A stretch of 44,260 nt of DNA, filler included, from Jimgerdemannia flammicorona (taxonomy: Eukaryota), in the NCBI GenBank assembly GCA_003990765.1. It is 2 parts of 2 records of this genome, joined end to end, with 100 filler letters (N's around TTAATTAATTAA, not from the genome) between each part and the next. Parts side by side here need not be neighbours in the genome. Positions count along the whole stretch, not along the records: positions 22,185 to 44,260 come from RBNJ01001339.1; 1 more part is not named here. The stretch is one strand, 5' to 3'. The position numbers and the translations under genes are program-made. This document shows positions 22,200-34,957 of this stretch, one piece after another. Numbering within the stretch: position 1 is the first letter of the stretch; each line of letters begins with the position of its first letter. Below the pieces are notes generated by a model. The model did not search any database. It was given only the letters and a program-made list of their open reading frames with translations, and was not told the origin of the DNA.

Positions 22200-25100
22200 C
22201 CTTCTCGATGAAAGACAACTTTATCAGACACCATCTCCACCCGCCCACCACTCTGTTCACAGATCCCTTCCACCAGATGGCGATGCTGCCCCCCTTGTGG
22301 TCCCCATCCAACCCATCACCCTATCAGCAGATCCACCACCAACTCCTCCCATCTCAACAACTTCTCCCACATCCCTATCTGCTGCCCCTCCTCAAAATCA
22401 AAGAGCCAATGTCCAGCCAACCCCACCCACACTGCCACAATCCACCTGATCATAAGCCACCTATTGCCAACACCACCCACTAACCTAGATTCCAAATCCT
22501 CCCAGCGACCTCGCTCACCATCCGGTCGCCTTTCAACCCCAAGCCGATCCCCTATAGCTATCCAAAAGTCCCCCAGCACCTCACATTCCCCCAACCAATG
22601 TTCCGGTGTTTGTACAAATCCCCCAACTGGTCCAACATTATAACACTCCTCACAATCCAGCTGCCTACCATCTACCAGATACCCAGCATGGAAGTTCAAC
22701 ATAATATTCCTCCGCAATATTCGCCACCACACTATCCAGAACTTGGGAGGAAGCCACCGCCGCACCTCTGTACTCCAAGACCAGATCCCTGCCCAGTCCC
22801 ACTCCTCACCAATCCTCACTGCCTGCCAACTACTCGGCCAAAGATCCTGGTCAATTTGCCGCTGACACTCCACTCTATTTCCAATATCAAACTCAGTGAG
22901 TGGAACTCCCCCTAGAAGCAGACAGTCCCATCTCCACATAGCTGGACCCCATATCCTCTCCCCCTCATTACCATGCCAGCGCAAGTCTATCCGGTGCGCT
23001 CCATTGACCACTCCCCACCAGAAGCCCTTATACCTTAACCGTCGGCTTCCATTCAGACCCACCAAAGAGAGCAGATCCCCTGAGGACCCCCGGGGGGTGA
23101 CTCGCATCTCCCACACCTTCTTCATCAATGGTACCCAACTGCCACCCTGTAGCTCAACAGTCCTTCACAACCACCAAGCTCACAGGCAATATAGGCACTT
23201 AGGGAAATCGATAAGGCCCAGGCCTCCCCTAAGCACTGGCGCAACAAGGGTATCCCAACTAATCTGGGCCCTTCTACCTGCCCAAATCCAGTTCCTAGCC
23301 AGTTTCATCAACTTCTTCACCACCCAAGCAGGAAAGTCTAAGTGATACGCCACATACCACAGCTTGGGGAACCAGTATACATACATTCAGAATCGCCACC
23401 CGCCCTGCCAGGGAGATGTGATGACCCCCCCAACCTTTTAGAGCCTCCCCCCAAATGTCCACCCTCCTCTCCCACCATATTCATGGCAGGACCGATCCAT
23501 ATACAGAGAGGAAGATACCGAGATACCACACCACCTCTCCTGTGGGGACAATTGTTCCAATGATATCCCCTCCCACTAGCCCATTCCCCAGCACCATTGT
23601 CTCATACTTATGCCAGTTGAGCCTAGCTCCAGAGTGCACCTCATACTATTCCACCATTTCTCGAAGAGCTACTACATCTGCTACTGATCCAAGTCCAACT
23701 ACCATATCATCTGCAAAGGCCCCCACCTTCCACTCCACCTCATATACAGAGAGCCCAGTCACCCTCTTATGGATCCTATCCATCAAAGGTTCCAAGGAGA
23801 GTGCATAAAGGATAGGGGACAGCAGGTCCCCTTGAGGGACTCCTCTTCCCAAGGGAAATGCCAAACCTCTATGACCATTACACATCAGCACTGCTCTACT
23901 CCCTTCCAACAAACTCAACATAGCGGCCCGAAACTGTGGCAGAACACCAATTCTGTCCAGCACCTTGTCCAGCCAAACCTGCCAAACATGGTCGTAGGCC
24001 TTCTCCTGGTCCAAAAAAACCAGTCTACCATCCAAACCGCAGACCCAGGCTCCTTCAATAATGCCATGCACCCAGGCAGTTCCATCTCAGATAAGTCGAC
24101 CTCCTACAAAGCCCTGCTGCTCCTCACCCAGTACCTGTTGAGCGACTTCCTGTAGCCTCACAACAACCACCTTAGTCACTAACTTCCGATCCATATCCAG
24201 GAGCATAATTGGCCTCCAGTTCTTCCAATTCTTGTATCTGCCCTTATCTTTGTACAATAGGGCCACCAGCCCTAAGTCCTGCTCACCAACCCACACACCA
24301 TTCTGGAGAACATAATCACAAAGGGCAGCCATCTCTCCCAGCATTCCAGGGACATTCGCCATCTTCTTCCAGAAGTCCCATGGTAACCCATCCTCCCCTG
24401 GCACTGTCCCAAGCTTAGTCGCTGCCAGGACTCCTCGGATCTCATCCTCCTGGACTGGTAAGATCAAGTCCCCCAGACCCTCTACCTGTGGCGGCTCCCA
24501 CTCCTCCAGTGTGTCACCAATCGCCTCCGCATCAGCACCCCCTTCTTCCTCACTCCACAGACCCCGCTAATTCTCCTTCAATACTCCCAGGATCTGCTGC
24601 GTACTATGCACCAACTCTCCCTCAGCATCAAAGACCCCATCCCACTGATGTCTCACCTGCCTAGCTTTGAGGAGCCTAGACAAGTACCTAGTAGGTCGCT
24701 CTCCCTCCTCAAGCCCCTGCCACCTTAGCCTGGCTGCCATACCTTGCATATGAGTCTCCTCCTCCTCTCTCAACACCTGTTGCATTTCCACAACTTCCAG
24801 TTTCACCCTCTCTAACCTCCAATCCTCCACCTCATCAGACATAAGCAAATCTGCCCACACCAGCTGCAATCTCCTCAGCCGATTTGAAGCATTCCGTATT
24901 CGACTCCTCCTCCATCTACCTGCCTCTCTACCAGCTCCCCCCCAATAGACCCTCACAGCCTCCTTCAACCTCATCCAGCAGACACCTACAGACAAACCCT
25001 CTCACCTCTAAAGTGGAACCTTCACCTGGATGTCCTCCACTCATGAATCCCACAACCCCTTCTCAGCCAGCAGGGAGGAGTTAAGACACCAATGTCCGGG

Positions 25101-25826
25101 TCCATCTCCACTCCCCCCAAACTGCCCCTGCCCATACAGTCCCCAGTGATCAGACCACGGGCACCACATTACCTCCAAAGTCTTCCAGACACCACTACCC
25201 CAACATTCCGCCATCAGAATTCAGTCAATCCTTGTCCCTAAGCTATTCACCCAGTGCGTGTAGACCCTGGAATCACCCCACCATGTTTGGCCCTCATTCC
25301 CTAAGAAGCAAAGGTTTTCCACCTCCTCCCACATATCTAGACCGCCACTTCTCCCCCCTGTATTCCTCCCTCCATCAGTTCTATCCAGCCGCAAATCCCG
25401 AACCATGTTAAAATCACCACCAAGAACATTGACCCCTTCCTCCAAGAGGATGCCCTCCTCCAGGATCTCCTTAATCCATGCAATCCTCTCTCCCCTAGCA
25501 GCTGGGCAGTAGCAAGAGCCAACCCTCACTGATTCCCACCCTGGCTGGCACTATTCACCCCAGACCAAGCAATCTCCCCAGCTCTTGATTCCCTCCAAAT
25601 CTCCTCTACCCTTCTTCACCAGAATCGCCACCTTTCCAAACCAAGCAGTAGCCCCACCCCATTCCTTAGTCCATTCTACCCAATCATCCTCATCCTCACA
25701 CCATACATCCTGCAGTAAAAAGAGATCAGCCTCCAATCCCTTCAGCCATGTAAAAATGTTCTTATGCCATCCAGTTCCCCGAAGGCTGTTCACATTGAGA
25801 GAGAAAATATTAGTTGTACTGTTCAT
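22200..25826 (-). pseudogene. LINE ORF2: APE endonuclease, RT, C-terminal zinc motif
   Basis: SLNVNSL, LLQD, GGDFN, TRID, SDH; PGEDGLP, NWRPIMLL, DQEKAYDHV, GVPQGDLLSP, FADD; GGLGL; CEEC...EHWLGEC. Confidence 0.93.
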
Positions 25827-25846
25827 TAGGAATATTGTTAAAGATT

Positions 25847-27850
25847 AAATCCCTCCTCTACAAATCCACACCCAAGTTCTCCTGTACCAAATCCAAGATA
25901 TGTTCCATTACCAGTTCCCTCTTCTCAGCCTCCTGTGCCTCCAACCCCTCTAGGAGTTCAACCATTGCCCCATCCTCTTTCTCCTCAAAATCCTCCCGAT
26001 ACTCCCCACAGGCCTCCTGCCAAAACTGCAATCCATGTCGTTCCGCCCAACAGTAGGCAGCCCGCTCACCAGTGACAACCACCAGCTCAGCCTTCCTCAC
26101 CTCATCCACCTCATAACCCTCTTCTTCCAGCAAGATCACAAGAATCTCCACCTTCAGTGCCCCCTCCACTCCATCACCTCACAGAAGCTGTGCCCAGTGC
26201 TCCTCTGGCATGGCCCTCAGATCCACTTCCCCCAATGCCTCAGCTGTAAGGTTATCCATCACCTTGCTCATCCACAACAGATTCCCAATCTCCTTCCCTC
26301 CAGGGGTCCCCGGCCGCCCTGCATCCAGCATCGTAGTATCAGCACCTACACTGGCATCCTCATTCCACTTCTCCTCTGGGACATCCACCAGTTCGTCCTC
26401 ACCAACCGCCACCACCTGTCCCCCTTTCGCCACATCTGGGACCCCAAAGGAAACTCGCTGGGCCCCCTGCATCTGTACATCTTTGGCCACCCCTCTCCAC
26501 CCCACTGGGCCCCTCCTGACAAGTGGGGGGGGGGTGCCATCGGACTCCTCCTCCCAAACTTCGAAAGTACCATCAGCATAGGAATCCTTGCCCAGAACCT
26601 TTGTAGCCCATTCCTCCATCATCACTACCCCCGTTCCTCCTTCACCAGCCCAGACACTGGCTTTGACTCCTCCAGACTCCTCCACCCCATCCACCTTCCT
26701 CTCCTCCCCTCCTGTCATACTCACCAAGAGCTCCCTCTGCCTCTTGTGGCCCTGGGCCCTCTCCCACTGCCTCTTATCAGTACGGACACGCTTCCCATCC
26801 ACAACCTCTAGATGTGTCGACTCCTCATACCTCTTCCAGGCTTTCATCCTCCTCTCCACAGCACCCCCCAGCTCCTCCAGCGCCTCCAACAAGTCCTCCT
26901 CCTCCTCTTCACTCCCTTTCACCCTCGACACCCTACAGACGAATGCCCCCCACATCAGCACTGAGGGCCAGTCACTCGTCTTCCCCATGGCCTCCTTCCC
27001 TGCCAGCCTAATCCTGATATCGACATCACCCATCCAGATCGTGGTCCCCTCCCACACCTGAAATCCAATGTCGACCATGTCACCATACTCCACCATCACC
27101 TCCTTTACCCTCTTCCTAGTCTCCTCCTTGGTCACCGTAGGCACCCCCTTCACCAGCAGCTGCACTACCCTGGGGTCCCACCCCAAGCACTGCACCATGG
27201 GTACTACCACCTCACCAACCATGACTCCAGACTTCAGGGCCTCATCCAGTGGGCCTGCTTCCTCAAAACCCACCTCAACCCCCTCCAAGCCCTTCAAGAA
27301 TTTCACCGAGGCCGCCCCGGCCACCAGCCTCGAAATCAGCCCCAAAACCATCCTCACCATCACTACCAAGCCCTGGAAGCACAAAGTGACTGCGAACTCC
27401 GAATTCGACTTCTTGAGCAATGGGGCCACCGCCAGTCCCGTTACACCATCCGCCAGATCCCCTTTCTACATCGGGACCCCCTGCCCCCTCTGACCATCAG
27501 CCGTCACATCTTTTTTTTTTCCAGATTCACCATCACGCCACCATCAGCAGTCCCACCACTACCCCCAGCAGCCCCTCCACTTCTCCCACCTTCCACCAGT
27601 GAAGGTCCAGCTCCCCCAGCATTCCCATTCTTCTGTTTCCCCTTCCCTCCTGCCTGTCCACCATGAGTGCCCATCAGTCAGCCCCCATCCTGCAGCATGT
27701 CTGCAAAGCTCCTCCCCTGCTTCCCTCCAGCCTTCCCACCAGTACCACCTCTACCACCTGAGCTGCCCTGCCCACTTGAGCTGCCGAAAGACCCCATCCC
27801 CAGTCCATACCCCCTCCCAACATGCTGCCAGTTGAAGGCCCCAGGTCCAC
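25847..27850 (-). pseudogene. LINE ORF1, disrupted
   Basis: 416-aa and 103-aa ORFs in tandem directly upstream of ORF2; Gly-rich upstream part with RSFAD. Confidence 0.7.
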
Positions 27851-27879
27851 CTGACCTAGTACATGTGTCAGCTTGCTTG

Positions 27880-28345
27880 CTGGTTGACATCTTCTTAATA
27901 GCTTTCTCTAATAAATGTTTTGAAAGTGTGTCGAAAAGTGTGTGTAACATGAATTGTAGTGGAGAGAGATATGGACCTTCATAGATACTCTCCTTAAACT
28001 TGATTTATAGATTAAATAGCTGAGATTTCAAATGAAATTTATTTGATATAAATATATATATAATAATTATATAGAGTCTTCTATATCTTATAAGCTATCA
28101 TAGTATATATTATGAGCTTTATTTGAAAATTCAACAATGTGAATATAATCTCATATAATGCTCAGTAATTATTTATAAGATGGAATTTATCTGGATGAGA
28201 TTCAATTCAGATTTAGATTTGAATCAACTCAGATTGATCTCATAATCTAATCCAGATTGATCCAGATTGATCCAAATTGATCTAGATTGATCCATCCAGA
28301 TTAATCTATTCAGACTAATTATATGAAATCTTTGATAACATCACT
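27880..28345. mobile_element. Decayed non-autonomous DNA transposon end with 10-bp tandem repeats
   Basis: TCCAGATTGA-like units at about 28241-28303, resembling a CpG-decayed form of the TCCGGATTG motifs at 21750-21840; ends ...ACATCACT. Confidence 0.4.
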
Positions 28346-29185
28346 CTTTCTTTTGTTCATTTTTCACTCTGTTTTTTTTTCCTGCTGTACTTTGGTGACA
28401 TCATCCTTTCTTTTGTTCTCTCTCTTCTTTTATTTTTTCTTTATTCTTTTTCTTTATTTTTTTTCTTTCCTACTATATTATGAGCAAACAAAACAACAGT
28501 TCTTAATTATATGTTGGTCCAGTTTACTCATTTTTTTACCCTATAATAATTATTAAAAGAGGGAGTATTTGAGGTAAAAACACACTCTCTGCTGATAATG
28601 TTAGATTCTTTCTCATATGGGCAGTACACAAGCTACTCATTGAGAGTCAAAGAGGTGATAATAGTAGTGATAGTGGTAGCAATAGTAGGGATGAGAGAGA
28701 ATTCTAGCAACAACTCATGGTGGCCCTTCAGATCTTAGAATTTACAGACCTCACAGCTATATATATAGCAGCCTTTTTGGAGCAACTAATAGTAGATATA
28801 GGTTGCTCATTCTGCCATCACTTATTTACTTATGTATACTTTTTTAATTTCCCCCAGTATGATCTAATCTACCTTGTACTTTTCTTAAGGTCTACAGCTC
28901 TATAGTAAGATCTACCAACTTTATTTGCAATATCTGGTCAAGATGAAAAAAGACTGATGGATGTTGTGGGTATACCTTTAGTGGCTGAGCCATTGAGTCA
29001 ATGTATTATATGACAGAGGTCTTAAAAGGAATAGAAGCAAGCCTTTATGAGTAATCTTGTACAACTTTTGCAACTTATTAATATATAACTTACTCACTCA
29101 TACTCTTTTTCTGAAATACCCATCTCTATGTTTTATTTAACTTTATTTTTATGTAGTCTCCCCTAATAATACCCACACAATACCC

Positions 29186-29305
29186 ACATACAACCCATCC
29201 ACATATAACCTATCTATATACAATCTATCTATATATAACCTGTCCATACATAATCTGTCTATATAAAACTCATCTGTATGAAACCTGTCTACATATAATC
29301 CATCT
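29186..29305. repeat. 15-bp minisatellite, 8 copies
   Basis: Units such as ACATACAACCCATCC and ATATATAACCTGTCC, varying mainly by transitions. Confidence 0.9.
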
Positions 29306-29899
29306 GTATACTTATCTTGGCCCCTCAGATTAGGGCTCAGTTCTATTGAAAAGGAGATTTCAAAGTTACCCAAGTTCAATCATATCTAGCATCTGATCAA
29401 ATAGAGAAATTTGAGGGCAAGATATTCAGTATAAGCAGTACCAGCATTATCATCAAGACTTGGGGGTCTACATTCAAATCAGAGCCAATCATTCTTAACC
29501 AAGAGGTCTATTGGCCAGCAGAAGTAATCAATAATGAAGAGAATCATATCATTATTAACAATTATAGAGAGGTGGTTGTAATGATAGTAAGAAATCTCTA
29601 TAGCAATGAGCTTTGTTGCCACATTAATGAGGTTTGCAAGGATTGTATCAAATACTGGATGTTAGGAAAGAGAAGGCAAAAAAAAAGCAAGAAGGGGGGG
29701 TTTGAATGGGAATTGAGTATACTGCAATACTGGTGGAGGGTGGGTTCTGGAGTTCTGAAATTCCCCACACTCATCTCTCTTTTTTTTTTTTTATCTCCTT
29801 TCTAGATAATCACTCTCTCCACTAACATACTCTTTTTTGATACAATTTCAGAGATATACAAAATTCTATACCCCTACCAGAACTTTAGAAGTACTATCA

Positions 29900-30600
29900 A
29901 AGAGCAAGCTATATATAAGTATAATATAGCCTGTGCAGCAATGGTGGCTATGATCTGGGGTTCTTTAAGAAAATTGGTAGAGCATATGGTAGGTCAGCTT
30001 GGTAGTGATCTCAGTATAGCTATATGTACATTCTTGGTACAATTTAGCATTCCATATGAGGTGAGAAGCTCTGCTTTTTTAGTGCTACAGTCTAGAGAAT
30101 TTCTATAGTCCAGGGGGTTTCTGTCTCCCCACATACAAAAAGGACTAACTGAATACTGTCCATTTTAGTAGATTTTCAAGCCAGGGCTCCTGAGGCTGGA
30201 CCAAGAGCAGGTATCTATCAGTACAGCCTGGCAGTATGAGATTCTAGGCCAAGGATTCACCCAACTATACACTTATATCATATTAAAATATGTTAGGTAC
30301 AATGCTTCTCTACTCATATATACAGATAACAATATTACTCCAGTAATGTTCTATATCCCAGAAAGGAAGGGCCCAATCTGGGAGAATAGCAGCAGAGTCT
30401 GGTATAATCTCACCTATAGTTTCAAGATCCTATTTGTAGCCAACACAGCCATTCTATTCCAACCACATGACCACCATAGTACTGTTACCTTTGAGGAGAG
30501 CTCAGATATAATAGTTATTATACTTATAATAGATAACAGACTCATCAAGACCTGGGACCAGTAGGTGGAGTAGTTTTTATAAGAGTTAGGTAATCTTTTG
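29900..30600 (-). pseudogene. Possible degraded coding region, unknown product
   Basis: One frame reads as protein-like (…ETIGEIIPDSAAILPDWALPFWDIEHYWSNIVICIYE*…) with scattered stops; no recognised domain. Confidence 0.3.
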
Positions 30601-30817
30601 TAAGGGTTTGGTAGTTATTTTATATGAGTTAGATAGTCTTTTATAGAGGATTGGGCTGGTAGCCAGGTACCTCTTTCTGTAATACTAGTTTAGCCATTAT
30701 GCTGGACCCTACTGGCCCCTTGGCCCTGCTCTATAGTGCTGCTAGTGCAGTGCTGTAGCATAGGGCCAGAGTACTCATGGACCTGAACTGGTGATGGGAC
30801 CCTAATTTATAGTAGAC

Positions 30818-30924
30818 TTCAACTACTAGAAGTACCCTCTAACTACCAGAAATTCCCTCCAACTACCAGAAGCACTCTCCAATCACCAGAAGTACTCTCT
30901 GACTGCCAGAAGTACCCTCCAACT
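30818..30924. repeat. 20-bp tandem repeat, 5.3 copies
   Basis: Consensus TCCAACTACCAGAAGTACCC. Confidence 0.9.
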
Positions 30925-30943
30925 CAGACTTGAACTCCTTGGT

Positions 30944-31492
30944 GGCTTGGGGTTGTCCCTTTACTACTGATAGAGGGCCACAAACTTTGTATGCTTTCTC
31001 TACCAACTCTGCCAACTTCTGATCCAGGCACAGACTGCTTGGAGATGTCCCATGCTACTGGCAGAGAGCTGTAAATTTTACATGCTCTCTCTGCCAATTC
31101 CACCTCTCCTGCTAGCCCTGCCAATACCCTCATCTTGGATACCAGTAACTTGGGGCTACCCACTTTCTCCACCAATCTCCTGGCCCAGGCACAGGCTGCC
31201 TGGAGTGGCCTCTTACTGCTGGTAGAGGGCTGCAAATTTTGTATGCTCCCCCCACCTACCCCATTCCCTCTGCCAACTCCTCCTATCCTAGACACTTGTG
31301 GCTTGAGGCTATCTCTTACTGCTAGCAGAGGGCTGTAAATTTTGCATGCTCTCTCCACTAGCCCCACCCACCAACTCAGATACTAACAGCTTGGAGCTAT
31401 CCCTTACTGCTGACAAAGGGCCACAAATTTTGTGTATTCCCTCTGCCACCACTAACTCTGCTGACAACTGCCCCACTCAGGCTACAAACTTT
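30944..31492. repeat. Array of five ~50-bp conserved motifs with variable C-rich spacers
   Basis: Core GCTTGGRGCTRTCCCTTACTGCTGGCAGAGGGCYRCAAATTTTGYATGCT; AAA anchors at 30982, 31073, 31234, 31337, 31425. Confidence 0.8.
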
Positions 31493-31975
31493 AAGCTGAG
31501 CTCTTTATTTTTTTTTTTCCTTTTTATTTTAAATTTTTAAATACTCTATAAGACCAATTGACTTATCCATAAACTCTAAGATCTGCTGAATTTTAGCAGC
31601 CCATATTCTACCAAGATTTCAGACATATATATGTCTGAATTATCTCAGTATTCAGCACATACCTCTTAGGGGCAACAAGATCCACCCCACCTGAGAACAC
31701 TTGTTTGACAGGAGCACTGATGGCAGAAATCACCAGGTAGTTTTGAGCTATACCACATAGGCTAGAGAAGTCCATTTGATATAGCTGTAGCTGTATGCTC
31801 CTATAGATAGAGCAGTGGTTAGAACAGTAGTTAGAATAGTAGTTAGATTAGTAGTTTAAATTAGTCCAATGCAACTAACTGCCTGACAACCTACCTTTTA
31901 CCAGTTGAGTACCTCTGTACCCTCCAGCAGGATCATATGGTTGCTAGTGAGATAAATAGTAAATTCATCTATTGA

Positions 31976-33300
31976 TTTTTTTTTTTTTTTTTTATAGTCA
32001 CTTGGACTTCTTTTTATTATCTCAATCTATAAATAATAATACAATATCACCCCCAACCCCTCAACTGATACTCCTCAGATCTCCTTTACCACCCTCTATC
32101 TCTCCCTGTTGGAGGATAACCTAGCCACCTGCTACCTGAACCCTCTCTCCACTTTTCTAGCAAATATAATTTACCAAACTCTGTTGGCCCCCTCTATCTG
32201 GACCCCACCCTCTCCACCAGCCATTTAAAATATCAAGCAATAACCATTTCCATCATACCACCTTGGCCCCAACCTCAACCTACTGACTCTCCTCAAATAT
32301 ATATAACCAATACCCAGCCAGCTCAACCCAAATTGTCAGAACCCATCCTAAGGTCAACTATTCATCTTCAACCCCACCCACTAGCCTTTAGCAGAGGTCC
32401 CCCCATCTCCTCCCTACCCCTCTCACTAGGGCCCATAGTCTTAACTAGTTTGCAATATGGTACCAAAACTCCCCCAGAACCTCACACTCACTAAGCCAAT
32501 GTTCAGACATTTGTACCAGTCCCTCCTTCTGGCCAATATCTAAACACTCCTCACACTCAAATGTGCCATCAGCTACCAAGTGCCCAGACTGATAGTTTAG
32601 TATTATATTCTGCCTTAGAAACCTCCACCATACTATCCAGAACTTGGGGGGAAGCTATTATATCACCTGCTTACTCTAAGGCCAAAGATCATTTCAGTTC
32701 CACTCCTTGCTAATCCCCACCCTCTGCCATGCTTCAGGCCACAGGTCCCCCCTTAGGTCCTACATACAATCTATTCTATTGCTAAGCTAGAAATCCTCCA
32801 CCAATACACCACTCAGCAGTAGCCTGTCCTATCTTCACATCTGCAGTCCCCAGTCCTCCTCCCCCTCATCACTCTGCTACTGAAGTTCAATTCTTCTTGC
32901 ACCATCTACCACTCTCTACCAAAAACCTTTATATTACATCCTCTTGCTCTCATCCAGTACTACTATTGCAAGCAAATTGCCAGTTGCTCTGCAAGGAGAA
33001 TACCAGAATTCCCACACCCTCGGCATGAGTGGTATCCACTCCCTGCCCCTCAACTTGCTCACTCTCTTCAGCCACCATACTCTTAGGCAATGAAGGTATT
33101 TGGTAAAGTCCACCAAGCCTAGCCCACCCCTGTCAACAGATAGAGTCAAAATCTCCCATCTTATCTGACTTTACTGTCTAGCCCAGATCTATGATCTTGC
33201 TATCTTCAGAAGTCACCTGACTATCCATGATGGGAAGTCCAGATGATACCCCACATACTATAGCTTTGGCAGCCAATATACATTCAGTACCATCACTCTT
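31976..33300 (-). mobile_element. 3' part of a second L1/Tx1-like LINE with poly(A) tail, interrupted by D
   Basis: T18 at 31976-31993; YWLPKL*YVGYHLDFPSW, GGLGLVDF and CEEC...EHWLSEC homologous to the first LINE. Confidence 0.85.
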
Positions 33301-34957
33301 TGTAATAGAATGAGGTGTGATGAGTGATCACATGATCTGGCAAGTGATGACATCATCATATGAATAAAGTGTGATATATGATATTATAAATAATGAATGA
33401 TGCAAATAACATGAAAAAAAAATATCTAGCTTATCCCCAACAATTGGTGCCACAGCAACTATTACCACAGCAGCTGATCATTGCCTAGTAATTGAGGTCC
33501 TGATCATAAAGTTGTTTTTGCCAAAAACCACCTGACAAAGGTTGTGATCATAAACCTCATTATAGTTATCAAATTAGTCACTCATACTTAGTCAGAAATT
33601 GTGGACCAACTTGTATAAATACCCCCCAGTTTCTATCTGAAATAAAGCAGTTTTAGTTCAGTCTTTGATACAAGAAATCAAGTCCCCCTCCACACACACA
33701 TTCTCCTGAGTCTTAGTAATGACACCTAAGTGACTCTAGTGTTTCTGACTAAACTCTAGAAGTCTAGCTAACTTCTGCCAGAACTGAGACTGGTATATAA
33801 ATCCCCAAAGACTTAAGTAAACCTATTGAACCTGAATTCTAAGACGAATTCAGTCTGTGCATAGCAAAGAACAAGACCCTTGAAAGATAGGGCAAACCAG
33901 AGAAAGATCTTTGAAACAGAAGACACTGCTGCTATAATTACTTATAAGCAAGTGCTTCTTCAAACTGAAGGCTTCTTAGTACACATTGTGTACTAAGTCC
34001 CTAAGTAATAGTCTTACTTCCCTAATTATCCAAAGGATAAGAGAGGGGTAGAAGTGAGAGTTATTATAACTTAGTAGCAGCAGATTACCAGCTAAGAAGG
34101 TACCAAGAATATACTCCTGAAGTTGGAACAAGACCAACCTTAGACAGGAGTAATCCCCAGAACCAACTGTGGATCTCCAAACCAGAGCCAGAGAAGCCCT
34201 TGCCATTAGGACCAGGTGATACCAGAAAACCACAGACCCAGGGACCCACCAGCTTGTAATTAACCAGATTTACAAAGATCTATACCAGGCCTTTAGGACT
34301 TATCACCCAGGACTTAGGAATATAGTCAGCTACTGCAGGTTCTATAAACTTCTTTGAGGACATATTGGAACCACTAGGACCCCAGAATCTACTGCTGCAG
34401 TCACCCAGGATTTTTTAGATTATATCTCACCCTCTACTATAAGAGAAGTAGCTGCTGAGTAAATTGCCTCTGACAGATATCATCATACCCCTATCAAGAC
34501 CTCCCTCTACTACAGACTAGTTGTATACTATGCCTCTGTCATAACCAGGTATGAGAATGAGCAAGCAGGTTATCCATCCTCTACTGCTAAATAAGGAGCA
34601 GGCCCATCTACCCAGTCAGAAACTAATATCCTCTTTGAAGGACCTAGTCAGTATAAGAACGCACTATCTCATCAGGAAAGGGAGTCAGATAAAGACTCTA
34701 TAGGTTACCAGTCTGATGATAGCCAAACTAGGAACAGTAGGCCTAGAAATTCATCAAGAAACTACAGGTCAAAAAGATCAGACCCCAGAACCAACCCAGC
34801 CACCTATACAGAGGTTTGGTTTACCCTCTCTCACAGGACTCTTTGATCTGATATCCAGGAATCAAGTAACCCCAAGTCATACAGCACCATAACCCCATCA
34901 AGCAGAACAATCTTCAGAAGAATCTACCCCCACAGGCCCACCACCAATAGCCAACAC

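Larger units (their letters stand above)
22185..27850 (-). mobile_element. L1/Tx1-like non-LTR retrotransposon, near full length, inactivated
   Basis: ORF1 followed by an APE-RT-CCHC ORF2; 3' end lost in the gap; 5' boundary approximate. Confidence 0.92.

Noticed and set aside
26035..27493. Pro/Ser/His-rich plus-strand ORFs
   Set aside because: Antisense of the G-rich LINE ORF1, where stops are rare by composition.
21726..28345. One hAT element spanning the gap with the LINE inside
   Set aside because: The putative ends match only weakly, differ greatly in decay, and are separated by an artificial join.
28323..29805. Small ORFs as host genes
   Set aside because: Low-complexity or CpG-depleted sequence with no recognisable domain or consistent exon structure.
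30944..31492. CRISPR-like repeat-spacer array
   Set aside because: Repeats are degenerate, spacers are irregular and similar to each other, no cas genes, eukaryotic context.
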